A stretch of DNA of 62,099 bases, taken from contig CACODD010000003.1 of NCBI GenBank assembly GCA_902625895.1, positions 1 through 62,099 on the forward strand, given 5' to 3'. The notes under the pieces are model-generated. The model was not told the DNA's origin, made no database searches, and saw only the letters and a program-made list of their open reading frames with translations. This DNA comes from an uncultured Alphaproteobacteria bacterium. Lineage in GTDB: Bacteria > Pseudomonadota > Alphaproteobacteria > Methylaequorales > Methylaequoraceae. A program made the translations under genes and the position numbers. Shown here piece after piece: positions 25,902 to 34,566 of the stretch. Every line of letters begins with the position of its first letter. The first letter of the stretch is position 1.

Positions 25902-26522
25902 ATGATTTTTGTAAGGCTTACAGTTCTGTTACTTCTATTTTCAGGAAATTTAAAAGCTTCTGAGTTTAGTTCTCGAGAAGTTTTCAATAAACTTCTTAAG
26001 GGTTTTTATAAAAATGAAATATATAAATGTAACTATGTAAATAAATCGTGGAGTACTGGTTTTGAGCAGTATCCTTATGGAATGGTCTTAAATAGCAGCG
26101 CATTTAAGAGTATATTGGTTTTTAACAACAGAAATGTTGTAGGGACATTATGGCCAAATATTGGAGAAATATCATTGGAAAGAGGCGTAAGAAAGTATCA
26201 ATTATGGAAAAAAAATAAAAATGATGAATATGAATTACTTAATTCAGATTATCTAGATGATACAAGCAGTGCTGATATAAATCTAAAATCTGAAACAAAT
26301 TCGAATTATAAAGTATACTTTGATAACAAAACATTAAAAATTGGTGTAAAACACTGGATAACAGATTTTTACAGTTGCCAAAAAATTGAATCATCGAATT
26401 TTGCAAAAAAAAAATTAATCGATATCTTTGTTAATCAAAACGAATATGTAAAAAAAGATTTCGCGTATAGAGAGAAAAACCCAAGTTTATTCACAAATAA
26501 TATTGAACTCCTTGCAAATTAA
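25902..26522 (+). CDS. Secreted hypothetical protein
   Basis: 206 aa with a signal peptide (LLLFSGNLKASE). Confidence 0.55.
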   Translation: MIFVRLTVLLLLFSGNLKASEFSSREVFNKLLKGFYKNEIYKCNYVNKSWSTGFEQYPYGMVLNSSAFKSILVFNNRNVVGTLWPNIGEISLERGVRKYQLWKKNKNDEYELLNSDYLDDTSSADINLKSETNSNYKVYFDNKTLKIGVKHWITDFYSCQKIESSNFAKKKLIDIFVNQNEYVKKDFAYREKNPSLFTNNIELLAN

Positions 26523-26621
26523 TGTAGTAGAATTGTGGTAGAAATTGTATTTATTAAAGAAATCTAAATTTATTTTGTGGTTACTTCATTAAAAACTATA
26601 TTTATGTGATAGATATTTAAT

Positions 26622-26792
26622 ATGAAAAAAGTTAATTTTGGAATTGCATTGCTGATTTTTGTAATACTGTTTCTTTCAATATTCTACGCTAAGGTTAACA
26701 ATAGCTTTTTAGAGATTGATGAGCAGTTAGAAGTTATAAACTCGAAATTGGATCACATAGAATATGATCTGCACGAATTGGAAGAAAAATAA
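26622..26792 (+). CDS. Candidate 56-aa single-pass membrane protein (not in ORF track)
   Basis: MKKVNFGIALLIFVILFLSIFYA... followed by an acidic coiled-coil-like tail. Translated codon by codon from the sequence. There is no strong SD. Confidence 0.35.
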   Translation: MKKVNFGIALLIFVILFLSIFYAKVNNSFLEIDEQLEVINSKLDHIEYDLHELEEK

Positions 26793-26813
26793 TATCAATT
26801 AATTAAGTTTGAC

Positions 26814-27014
26814 TTAAATTTTAAGATTAACAGCTGAATTTTTTCCATTTTCTTCAGCGATTTCAAATGTTATGTCTTGGCCTTCTTCTAGATTATCAAT
26901 GCCTGAGCTTTTTAAAGCTGTCTTGTGAACAAAAACGTCTTTAGATCCGTCTTCGGGTTGAATAAATCCATAACCTTTTTTGAAATTAAACCATTTAACT
27001 TTACCTTTTATCAT
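26814..27014 (-). CDS. Cold-shock protein (CspA family)
   Basis: [18 protein letters not shown] (RNP1) and DVFVH (RNP2). AAGGAG lies upstream. Confidence 0.95.
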   Translation of the reverse strand: MIKGKVKWFNFKKGYGFIQPEDGSKDVFVHKTALKSSGIDNLEEGQDITFEIAEENGKNSAVNLKI

Positions 27015-27293
27015 TTTTCTCCTTATCTTAAAATGAACTTAGATAATAAACTCCTAAGTGCACTAAATAAATTAAATTGAATCTAAATGATATTCCAAAA
27101 GATAGATATTATTGTAGGAGTCAATGCAATTTATTTATTTCATTATAACTAAGTTCTAGTAATTAGATAGTTTTAATATTTAAAAAAGCAATCATTAATA
27201 TTTTTATTTGAAAGCCACCTTGCTTTTGCTTCAATATAAAATTTACTATTACAAGGTGGTAAAGTTAAAGTAATAGAAATTTTTAAAAAGAAA

Positions 27294-27641
27294 ATGAAAA
27301 AGTTAATAATTTTTATGTATTTTTTTGGTTTTGGCCTGTTATCTGAGGATTTCTGTGTTGTTCCTAATATTTTGGATAACAACAAACAGATCCTAAATTG
27401 CAATGATAAACAGTTACTTTTTGGTTATATTAAATTCAAATCAAAACAAAATAATTTAAAATTCATTTTAAACAAAGAGTTAAAAGAGTATGTACCTTAT
27501 AGTTATAAGTCAGAAATTTTGACTTTTATCAGAAATAATTGTTATAAAAAATCTTTAAAAATAAAAACTATTACAAACTTCAATAGTAAACTAGAAGAAT
27601 ATTTTAATGAAATTATTATAGAATGCAGATATAAATTATGA
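27294..27641 (+). CDS. Small secreted hypothetical protein
   Basis: Signal-like N-terminus. Its stop overlaps the next start (ATGA). Confidence 0.5.
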   Translation: MKKLIIFMYFFGFGLLSEDFCVVPNILDNNKQILNCNDKQLLFGYIKFKSKQNNLKFILNKELKEYVPYSYKSEILTFIRNNCYKKSLKIKTITNFNSKLEEYFNEIIIECRYKL

Positions 27642-27772
27642 CAAATGACGACGATGTAGAGTTACAGGTTTGCAAAAAATGTGATGCGCCATTACCTTGC
27701 GATGCTTCAAGGTTAAATTATTTTAATTTAAATACTTACATTTGTGATGACTGTTACAATCAGCTGTCGTAG
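27638..27772 (+). CDS. Candidate 44-aa zinc-ribbon mini-protein (not in ORF track)
   Basis: MTNDDDVELQVCKKCDAPLPCD...YICDDCYNQLS has a CxxC...CxxC arrangement. An ATGA overlap links it to the upstream ORF. Confidence 0.4.
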   Translation: MTNDDDVELQVCKKCDAPLPCDASRLNYFNLNTYICDDCYNQLS

Positions 27773-27773
27773 C

Positions 27774-27953
27774 ATGAGAATAAGAGAGCAAAGAAGTTGT
27801 TTTAGGTGTGGCAAATTGTTTTCTGAATTATTTCGATGCAAATATGACGAAAAAGGTAATTGGGTATTTCTTTGTAAAAACTGTTTAGAGGAATCGAAGT
27901 TGAATAATTTATTTTATCAATATGGTGGAACTTGGAAATCAAAAAAAAGATAG
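27774..27953 (+). CDS. 59-aa zinc-ribbon mini-protein
   Basis: MRIREQRSCFRCGK...FLCKNCLEE has a CxxC...CxxC arrangement. It starts 1 nt after the previous stop. The track ORF 27744 start is probably too far upstream. Confidence 0.5.
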   Translation: MRIREQRSCFRCGKLFSELFRCKYDEKGNWVFLCKNCLEESKLNNLFYQYGGTWKSKKR

Positions 27954-27966
27954 AAAAATAAAAATC

Positions 27967-28539
27967 ATGTGTGGCAGATACGTACTTTATTCAAAAGAGA
28001 AATTTAAAAATAAATATAATATAAATATAAGCCCAAATTATAACATTTCGCCTAATCAAAAAGTGTTTGTAATTGATCAAAACATGAATATTATGAAACT
28101 AAAGTGGGGTATTAGAGCGGAATGGAACAGTTCCTTAATTATTAACGCAAGATCGGAAACAATTGATATCAAAAAATCTTTTGTTAGCCTAAATAGATGT
28201 GTTTTTATAAGTGATGGTTATTATGAGTGGAAGAGAAGTGGAAAACTAAAGACTCCGTTTTATCATTATGTTCCAAATAGTTTTTTGTATTTTGCTGGCC
28301 TTTGCAATAACGTAGGTTGTGTTGTCGTTACCATGGATAGTTTTCAATACCTTTCAACGGTTCATAGAAGGCAGCCATTTTTTTTAAAAGAAAATCAAAT
28401 TGATTCATGGATTAAAAATGATAGAAGTAGTATTATGTTTGATGATGTAATAAATTATCATCAAGTATCAACTGAAGTTAATAAAATATGGTGTAACTCG
28501 AACGATTTGATAAATGAAATCGAAGATAAAGCTCAATAA
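27967..28539 (+). CDS. SOS-response-associated peptidase (SRAP/YedK family, abasic-site processing)
   Basis: It starts with MCGRY (catalytic Cys2). The motifs NISPNYNISPNQ, NARSET and YYEW are present. Confidence 0.85.
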   Translation: MCGRYVLYSKEKFKNKYNINISPNYNISPNQKVFVIDQNMNIMKLKWGIRAEWNSSLIINARSETIDIKKSFVSLNRCVFISDGYYEWKRSGKLKTPFYHYVPNSFLYFAGLCNNVGCVVVTMDSFQYLSTVHRRQPFFLKENQIDSWIKNDRSSIMFDDVINYHQVSTEVNKIWCNSNDLINEIEDKAQ

Positions 28540-28565
28540 TAACATATACTTACTAAATATATCTA

Positions 28566-29036
28566 ATGCTTAAGGTCATAAAAATAATTTTTATCACGCT
28601 TTGCATAAACTTTCTAGTGCATGTTGAACTTCAAAGTAGACCTGTTGGTAAAGGCTTATCGTGTTTTCCTGAAAAAAATTCGATCAATAATAATTATGAA
28701 TCATTTCGTGGATTATATTTCGAATCAGACAATTCAATTAGAGTAGTAAGTTTCAAAAGTAAAAATAAATCTCTTAAAATTATTTCAAAACTTACTCCTT
28801 ATAAAATTTCTGAGAATTCTGTAAAATTTAAAATAAAGTTTATTTGGTATGGGAATATTTCTTTTGAAGAATTTACTTTGGGAAGAAGAGACCTTGAACT
28901 AAATCATGAAATAAATAATAAAAACAGGATTTTGAAGTGTAAAATTCTAGATGGGGAGTTTATGCCAGAAATGATAGAGCTAAAGAATTTCTTTCAATTG
29001 AAATTCGATGATGGTTTAAAATCAAATAAAATATAA
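28566..29036 (+). CDS. Small secreted hypothetical protein (paralog of 24990-25424)
   Basis: Signal peptide plus the motifs shared with ORF 24990 (listed under that feature). Confidence 0.6.
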   Translation: MLKVIKIIFITLCINFLVHVELQSRPVGKGLSCFPEKNSINNNYESFRGLYFESDNSIRVVSFKSKNKSLKIISKLTPYKISENSVKFKIKFIWYGNISFEEFTLGRRDLELNHEINNKNRILKCKILDGEFMPEMIELKNFFQLKFDDGLKSNKI

Positions 29037-29066
29037 AAAAAAAGCCTGACTTAATTAAGTCAGGCT
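29035..29066 (-). terminator. Rho-independent terminator for the PqqA-like gene (palindrome agcctgacttaattaagtcaggct plus T9 on the minus strand)
   Basis: 24-nt perfect palindrome at 29043-29066, flanked by the A9 run at 29035-43, which reads as a T-run on the minus strand. Confidence 0.7.
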
Positions 29067-29094
29067 CATTAAATACATGAAAATCTTTAACTAT

Positions 29095-29172
29095 TTACTT
29101 TTCAGCGCAAGCGTAAGAATTGATTTCAAGTCCTACTGAGATTTCAGAAATAGTTGGTTTTGTCCAAGCCAT
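29095..29172 (-). CDS. pqqA: PqqA-like coenzyme PQQ precursor peptide (25 aa; not in ORF track)
   Basis: The reverse complement translates to MAWTKPTISEISVGLEINSYACAEK. It has W.KP and the Glu-x3-Tyr pair (EINSY). AGGAG lies 6 nt upstream and a terminator lies directly downstream. Confidence 0.75.
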   Translation of the reverse strand: MAWTKPTISEISVGLEINSYACAEK

Positions 29173-29324
29173 TGTATACTCCTTTTATATTAATATTAAT
29201 AATTGTTTACAATATATTAGTTTAATCTTAATTAACTCTGATAAGCTTGTTCATAATTGGTTAATATTGAAAAGTCTCGAAAATATAGTTTTGTTGGTGT
29301 TTTGTTTATGACAATTAATGGAAT

Positions 29325-29356
29325 AATAAAGAGAATGAAGTATCATTCTCTTTATT
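29325..29356 (-). terminator. Perfect 14-bp hairpin (aataaagagaatga / tcattctctttatt) just downstream of ORF 29365-29607
   Basis: Read directly from the sequence. The loop is agta and there is no clear T-run. Confidence 0.45.
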
Positions 29357-29364
29357 ACTGCAGA

Positions 29365-29607
29365 TTAGTTGTTTAGAAGTGCAAGAGCTCTGTCAAAGAT
29401 CTCTTCAGCGTTATCAAGCTCACCAATTTCTAACTTTTCAACTGCTTGAGATCTGAGACTAGATATCTTTGCAAAAGTTTCTGTGTTGATTGAACTTTTA
29501 TCTGAAAATAACTTTGAATCAACTTCAGCCATTTTTTGATAAGGACAAGCTTCAGCACTTGTTGAAATGACAAAAGCAGCAGCTAAGCATAAAATAATTT
29601 TTTTCAT
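29365..29607 (-). CDS. Small secreted helical protein, hypothetical
   Basis: 80 aa with the signal peptide MKKIILCLAAAFVISTSAEA. Confidence 0.55.
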   Translation of the reverse strand: MKKIILCLAAAFVISTSAEACPYQKMAEVDSKLFSDKSSINTETFAKISSLRSQAVEKLEIGELDNAEEIFDRALALLNN

Positions 29608-29808
29608 AGTTAATCCTTTGTTAAGTATTTAAGATAGTATGTAAAATTTTTTTTTCTATCATTATTTTTTTAAGTTGTATTTTAATGTAAACTCAAACAC
29701 TGCAAATTGTTTTTTTTAACTTTTTACTCATAAATTAGCTAAAAACATTTTTTTTTAAATTCTTTTGTAAATAAGTAAAATCTAAAAAATTAAAAAGGTA
29801 TAAATTTA

Positions 29809-30645
29809 ATGGAATTCACTGGAAGTAAAAATTATATTTCGACGAACGATTTAACTATCGCCGTAAATGCCTCAATTGCACTGGAAAAACCATTATTGGT
29901 TAAAGGAGAACCAGGTACTGGTAAGACCGAGTTAGCAAGACAGATTGCTAGTAGTTTAAAATTAAAAATAATTGAATGGAGCATAAAGTCCACAACCAAG
30001 GCACAGCAAGGCTTATATGAGTACGATGCTGTCAGTAGATTAAGAGACAGTCAGCTTGGAGAAGAAATAAAAGACATTTCTAAGTATATTAAAAAAGGTA
30101 AAATATGGGAATCTTTTGAAACAACAAAAAAATCAGTTCTTTTAATTGATGAAATAGACAAAGCTGATATTGAGTTTCCCAATGATTTACTTCAAGAATT
30201 GGATAAAATGGAGTTTTACATATACGAAACTGGTGAAGTTGTTAAAGCTAATCATAGACCGATAATAATCATAACATCCAATAATGAAAAAGAACTTCCT
30301 GAGGCGTTTTTAAGGAGATGTTTTTTCCACTATATTCAATTCCCTGAAATTAACACACTCAGAAAGATTGTTGAAGTTCATTTTCCAGACATAAAAAAAT
30401 CATTATTAGAAACGGCACTTAAAAAATTTTTTCAGATAAGAGAAGTTCCAGGATTAAAAAAGAAACCATCTACATCAGAGGCTCTCGATTGGATAAAACT
30501 TTTATTAGTAGAAGATTTGGACTCAAAAGATTTGAAATCAGACGGAAAAAACATTTTACCAAAGCTTCATGGGGCATTGCTAAAAAATGAACAAGATATT
30601 CAACTTTTTGAACAATTAGCGTTTATGTCAAGAAGAGAAGATTAA
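29809..30645 (+). CDS. MoxR-like AAA+ ATPase (AAA_5 / CoxD-like)
   Basis: Walker A GEPGTGKT and Walker B LLIDEIDKA. The size of about 280 aa is typical. It is paired with a VWA gene. Confidence 0.85.
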   Translation: MEFTGSKNYISTNDLTIAVNASIALEKPLLVKGEPGTGKTELARQIASSLKLKIIEWSIKSTTKAQQGLYEYDAVSRLRDSQLGEEIKDISKYIKKGKIWESFETTKKSVLLIDEIDKADIEFPNDLLQELDKMEFYIYETGEVVKANHRPIIIITSNNEKELPEAFLRRCFFHYIQFPEINTLRKIVEVHFPDIKKSLLETALKKFFQIREVPGLKKKPSTSEALDWIKLLLVEDLDSKDLKSDGKNILPKLHGALLKNEQDIQLFEQLAFMSRRED

Positions 30646-30649
30646 GTTT

Positions 30650-31846
30650 ATGTTTTTAGATTTTTTCTTTAAATTAAAAAATGCCAAAATACCTGTATCG
30701 CTAAATGAATTTTTAAATCTTCTCAATGCTTTAGATAATCAGATAATTTCATATGACGTAAATGCATTTTATTTTTTGGCAAGAACTTGTTTAATAAAAG
30801 ACGAAAAACTTTTTGATAAGTTTGACTTGGTTTTTGGTGAATATTTCAAGTCAATTGAAAGAATTGAATTAGAAGATGTGATGTCATCCATGGATATCCC
30901 TGATGATTGGATTAAACAAATGTTTAACAGATATTTCACTGAAGACGAAATTAACAAAATCAAATCTCAAGGTGGTATTGAAAAACTTTTAAAAACTTTA
31001 AAACAAAGATTAAAAGATCAAAAAAAAAGACATCATGGCGGAAATAAATGGATTGGAACCTCTGGAACTTCTCCATTCGGAGCATATGGATATAATCCTG
31101 AGGGCATAAGAATGGGCCAAGATAAAAGACGTCATGGTAAGGCAATAAAAGTTTGGGATAAAAGGATTTTTAAAGATTTTGATAATACCAAGGAATTTAA
31201 TAATAGAAGTTTTAAAGTAGCTTTAAAGAAACTAAGACAATGGGCTAGAACTGGAATTAACCAGGAGTTGGATATTGAGGAAACAATATCAGATACTGCA
31301 AAAAATGGGGTTTTGAACATTAAAACTAAAAGAGAAAGAGAAAATTCAATTAAAGTTTTATTGTTCTTAGATGTTGGTGGGTCCATGGACAGTCACATTG
31401 AGCAAGTTGAACAACTTTTTTCAGCTGCTAGTAATGTATTTAAAAATCTTCATTATTTTTATTTCCATAACTGCTTATACGAGGGTATTTGGAAAAATAA
31501 TAATAGAAGATGGAATGAAAGGTTACTAACTTATGATGTTATAAGGACTTATGGAAAAGAGTTTAAATGTATTTTTGTTGGAGATGCAACTATGAGTCCA
31601 TACGAAATTGTGATTCCAGGCGGTGGTAATGAACATTTTAATGATGAACCGGGAAGAATCTGGTTGGAAAGAGCTATTACCCAATGGCCGTCATATATAT
31701 GGATAAATCCTGTTGTCGAAAAATACTGGGAGTATTCAGAATCCACAATGATAATAAAAGATATCTTTCAAAATCGGATGGTACCGTTAACGTTAGAAGG
31801 GATTGATAAAGCAACGAAAATCCTGGCACAACCAAATTTTAATTGA
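30650..31846 (+). CDS. VWA-domain protein (CoxE-like partner of the MoxR ATPase)
   Basis: It starts 4 nt after the ATPase stop. LLFLDVGGSMDS is a MIDAS-type DxSxS motif. The size is about 400 aa. Confidence 0.8.
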   Translation: MFLDFFFKLKNAKIPVSLNEFLNLLNALDNQIISYDVNAFYFLARTCLIKDEKLFDKFDLVFGEYFKSIERIELEDVMSSMDIPDDWIKQMFNRYFTEDEINKIKSQGGIEKLLKTLKQRLKDQKKRHHGGNKWIGTSGTSPFGAYGYNPEGIRMGQDKRRHGKAIKVWDKRIFKDFDNTKEFNNRSFKVALKKLRQWARTGINQELDIEETISDTAKNGVLNIKTKRERENSIKVLLFLDVGGSMDSHIEQVEQLFSAASNVFKNLHYFYFHNCLYEGIWKNNNRRWNERLLTYDVIRTYGKEFKCIFVGDATMSPYEIVIPGGGNEHFNDEPGRIWLERAITQWPSYIWINPVVEKYWEYSESTMIIKDIFQNRMVPLTLEGIDKATKILAQPNFN

Positions 31847-31853
31847 GAAATTA

Positions 31854-32057
31854 TTATTTTTTTATTATTAAATTTTTCTTATTTTTAGTTTCTTGTTTAT
31901 TTTTTTTTTCAAAATCAGTAGGTTGTACTTTAATTGAGTATGAATTGTTTTCCTTACCGTAATTTGATCTTACTGAATCAAAAAAGTTATTATTAGAATA
32001 AACAGTAGAAAAAAACAGGACTAGGTTTAGGAATATTAAAATTTTCATTGTAATCAC
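31854..32057 (-). CDS. Small secreted hypothetical protein
   Basis: 67 aa with a signal-like N-terminus. Confidence 0.4.
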   Translation of the reverse strand: MITMKILIFLNLVLFFSTVYSNNNFFDSVRSNYGKENNSYSIKVQPTDFEKKNKQETKNKKNLIIKK

Positions 32058-32130
32058 GTAATAATTTCACTAATAACTTCAATAAAAATTTTAATTTGTG
32101 ATAATAATGAATAACTGAAAGTTTTATAAA

Positions 32131-32391
32131 ATGAATGAAAAAGTAAATATATTCTTTAAAAATATCGATTACTGGAGATGGTTTGGTTTTTTTTTAGCAG
32201 TAATCGGAGCTTATGTACTAGGAAATGCAAAAGTATCGTCTCAATCAATTGGTTGGATAATATGTAGTTTCTCCTGCCTCATTTGGATAATTATGGGAAT
32301 AAAAGATAAAGATATACCAAGAACTTTAATGGAAGTAATGTATTTTGTGATTGGCATAAGAGCAACAATTAATTGGCTCGACTTTATATAA
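32131..32391 (+). CDS. Small membrane protein, hypothetical
   Basis: 86 aa with 2-3 hydrophobic, Trp-rich segments. Confidence 0.45.
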   Translation: MNEKVNIFFKNIDYWRWFGFFLAVIGAYVLGNAKVSSQSIGWIICSFSCLIWIIMGIKDKDIPRTLMEVMYFVIGIRATINWLDFI

Positions 32392-32463
32392 TTTGGTGTA
32401 AATCTAAATCCAATAAAAAATTAAAAAGATTTTATGAAATTATTGTCTTTAATTTTGAGGGCA

Positions 32464-32472
32464 GGGGGGGGG
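32464..32472. repeat. G9 homopolymer tract 24 nt upstream of the GIY-YIG gene start
   Basis: gagggcaggggggggg read directly from the sequence. It is striking in an AT-rich spacer. Confidence 0.9.
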
Positions 32473-32495
32473 AAAATCATATATAATATTTTAAT

Positions 32496-32768
32496 ATGAA
32501 GAACTGGTGGGTCTACATAATCCAATGTCGGAATAAAAGTTTGTATACAGGTATTACAACTGATGTCGAACGACGACTGCATGAACACCAAAACGATAAC
32601 AAAAAAGCATCTAAGTATTGTGTGAGACTTCGTCCACTTAAACTGGTTTACAAAAGTTCAGCTTATGAAAATAAAAGTGATGCATCCAAAGAAGAGTATC
32701 GTATTAAAAAATTATGTCATAAAGATAAACTTAAAATTATAAAAAAAAATTATGAACGAACTAGCTGA
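32496..32768 (+). CDS. GIY-YIG nuclease-domain protein (YhbQ/UPF0213-like)
   Basis: WVYIIQCRNKSLYTGITTDVERRLHEH matches the GIY-YIG core. Confidence 0.85.
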   Translation: MKNWWVYIIQCRNKSLYTGITTDVERRLHEHQNDNKKASKYCVRLRPLKLVYKSSAYENKSDASKEEYRIKKLCHKDKLKIIKKNYERTS

Positions 32769-34566
32769 AACTCTTGAAAATGTATTTGGGTTTTACTCTT
32801 TTAGACCAGGGCAAGAGGAAATTATTAATCATTTAATGCAGAAGAAAAAACTGTTAGCAGTTATGCCCACAGGAGCAGGAAAATCTTTATGCTTTCAACT
32901 TCCAGCTTTGCTCTTTGAAAATCAGACTATTGTAGTGTCTCCACTTTTAGCTCTTATGGATGACCAAGTTATTGGCTTGAAGGATTTGGGTGTTAAGGCT
33001 GAGCGTGTTCACTCAGGAATGACTGAGTTAAAGAGGGAACAAGTATGGGAAGATTTTAAAAATAAAAAGATTAAAATTTTATATATTTCGCCTGAATCAT
33101 TAATGCGTAATGAAATGATATCTGCAATAAAGCCATTGAACATTAGTATGTTTGTGGTTGACGAAGCTCACTGTATTTCTAAATGGGGGAGTGATTTTAG
33201 ACGAGAATATGAGCTCCTAAAAGAACTTCAAAATCATTTTCCTGAAGCAGTTATTTCAGCATTTACTGCAACAGCTGATGAGGAAACACGTTCTGACATA
33301 AATAACAAATTAACTAATGGCAAAGGTAAAATATTTCTTTATGGTTTTAATCGTCCTAACCTCTCTTTAGCTGTGCAACAAAAAACAAAAAATTGGAAAG
33401 CTCAACTCTTTGAGTTTTTAGAAAATCGAAAAAATCAATCAGGTATTGTGTATTGTTTGTCTCAAAAACTCACCGAACAATGTTCTGAATTTTTGAAATC
33501 AGAGGGATTCAATGCCTACCCGTTTCATGCTGGATTAGATACTCAGGTAAAAATTGAAACCCAAAATAAATTTATGACAGAAGACAATGTTGTAGTTTGT
33601 GCAACAATAGCTTTCGGGATGGGAATTGATAAAGCTGACGTTAGATACATTGTTCATATAAGTTTACCAAGTAGTATGGAAGCTTTCTATCAAGAAATTG
33701 GTAGAGCAGGGCGAGACGGTTTGGAGGCTGACACATTGCTAATTTTTGGTTTACAGGATTTATTTCAACGCAAACGTTTTATTGATATGAGCGATGCCGA
33801 TGATAGCTTTAAAATAAAAGAGCATAAACGATTAGACGCATTGATTGCGTATTGTGATTCTGCTACTTGTAGGCGTCAAACACTATTGTCATATTTTAAA
33901 GAAACCTGCGAAACATGTGGTAAGTGTGATAATTGTCTTAACCCACCTCAAATGATTGAAGGAACAGAGTATGCACAAATGGTTTTATCAGCTGTATATC
34001 GTACAGGTCAATATTTTGGTTCGGGACATATAGTTGATATACTGAGAGGGGTTTTAAGCGATAAAGTTAAGGCAAAAGGACACGATACAATTAAAACATT
34101 TGGAGTAGGGGAAACAGCGACGGCTGATTTTTGGAAAATATTTATTCGTCAGATGGTGTCAGCGAACTATCTGCTAATTAATATTCAGAGTTATGGTGCA
34201 TTACAAATTACTCCAAAAGGTGAAATGGTTCTTAGAGGAGAGGACGAATATTTTTATCGTAAGATTGAATTTAATCAACCGAAAAAAGAAAAAAGAATTA
34301 AACCTGAAACTATTGATACTGAAACACTTGATGATGAAAAAGAATTATTCTCGGCATTAAAATCAAAACGCTTGGAATTGGCTCGCAAAAGGCGAGTTCC
34401 TGCTTACATAATTTTCCCAGATGCCACTCTCCATCAAATGCTACTTCATAAACCTCAAACAATCGGGGAGATGGGAAAGCTAAATGGAGTAGGGCCACAA
34501 AAATTGGAAAAATATGGCGAAGCTTTTTTATCTATTATAACAAACGAAAAATATTCAAATGATTAA
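32752..34566 (+). CDS. recQ: ATP-dependent DNA helicase RecQ
   Basis: FRPGQEEII, MPTGAGKSLCFQ, DEAHCISKWG, TATA and the Zn-binding C..C..C..C are present. A C-terminal HRDC-like region (RRVPAYIIFPDATL) follows. Confidence 0.95.
   Translation: MNELAETLENVFGFYSFRPGQEEIINHLMQKKKLLAVMPTGAGKSLCFQLPALLFENQTIVVSPLLALMDDQVIGLKDLGVKAERVHSGMTELKREQVWEDFKNKKIKILYISPESLMRNEMISAIKPLNISMFVVDEAHCISKWGSDFRREYELLKELQNHFPEAVISAFTATADEETRSDINNKLTNGKGKIFLYGFNRPNLSLAVQQKTKNWKAQLFEFLENRKNQSGIVYCLSQKLTEQCSEFLKSEGFNAYPFHAGLDTQVKIETQNKFMTEDNVVVCATIAFGMGIDKADVRYIVHISLPSSMEAFYQEIGRAGRDGLEADTLLIFGLQDLFQRKRFIDMSDADDSFKIKEHKRLDALIAYCDSATCRRQTLLSYFKETCETCGKCDNCLNPPQMIEGTEYAQMVLSAVYRTGQYFGSGHIVDILRGVLSDKVKAKGHDTIKTFGVGETATADFWKIFIRQMVSANYLLINIQSYGALQITPKGEMVLRGEDEYFYRKIEFNQPKKEKRIKPETIDTETLDDEKELFSALKSKRLELARKRRVPAYIIFPDATLHQMLLHKPQTIGEMGKLNGVGPQKLEKYGEAFLSIITNEKYSND

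Noticed and set aside
27173-27403. 76-aa minus-strand ORF.
   Set aside because: It overlaps the start of the plus-strand ORF 27294-27641, which has a signal peptide and an ATGA coupling to the next gene.
29120-29311. 63-aa plus-strand ORF.
   Set aside because: It is antisense to the PqqA-like gene and runs through its promoter region. It has no SD and a low-complexity hydrophobic translation.
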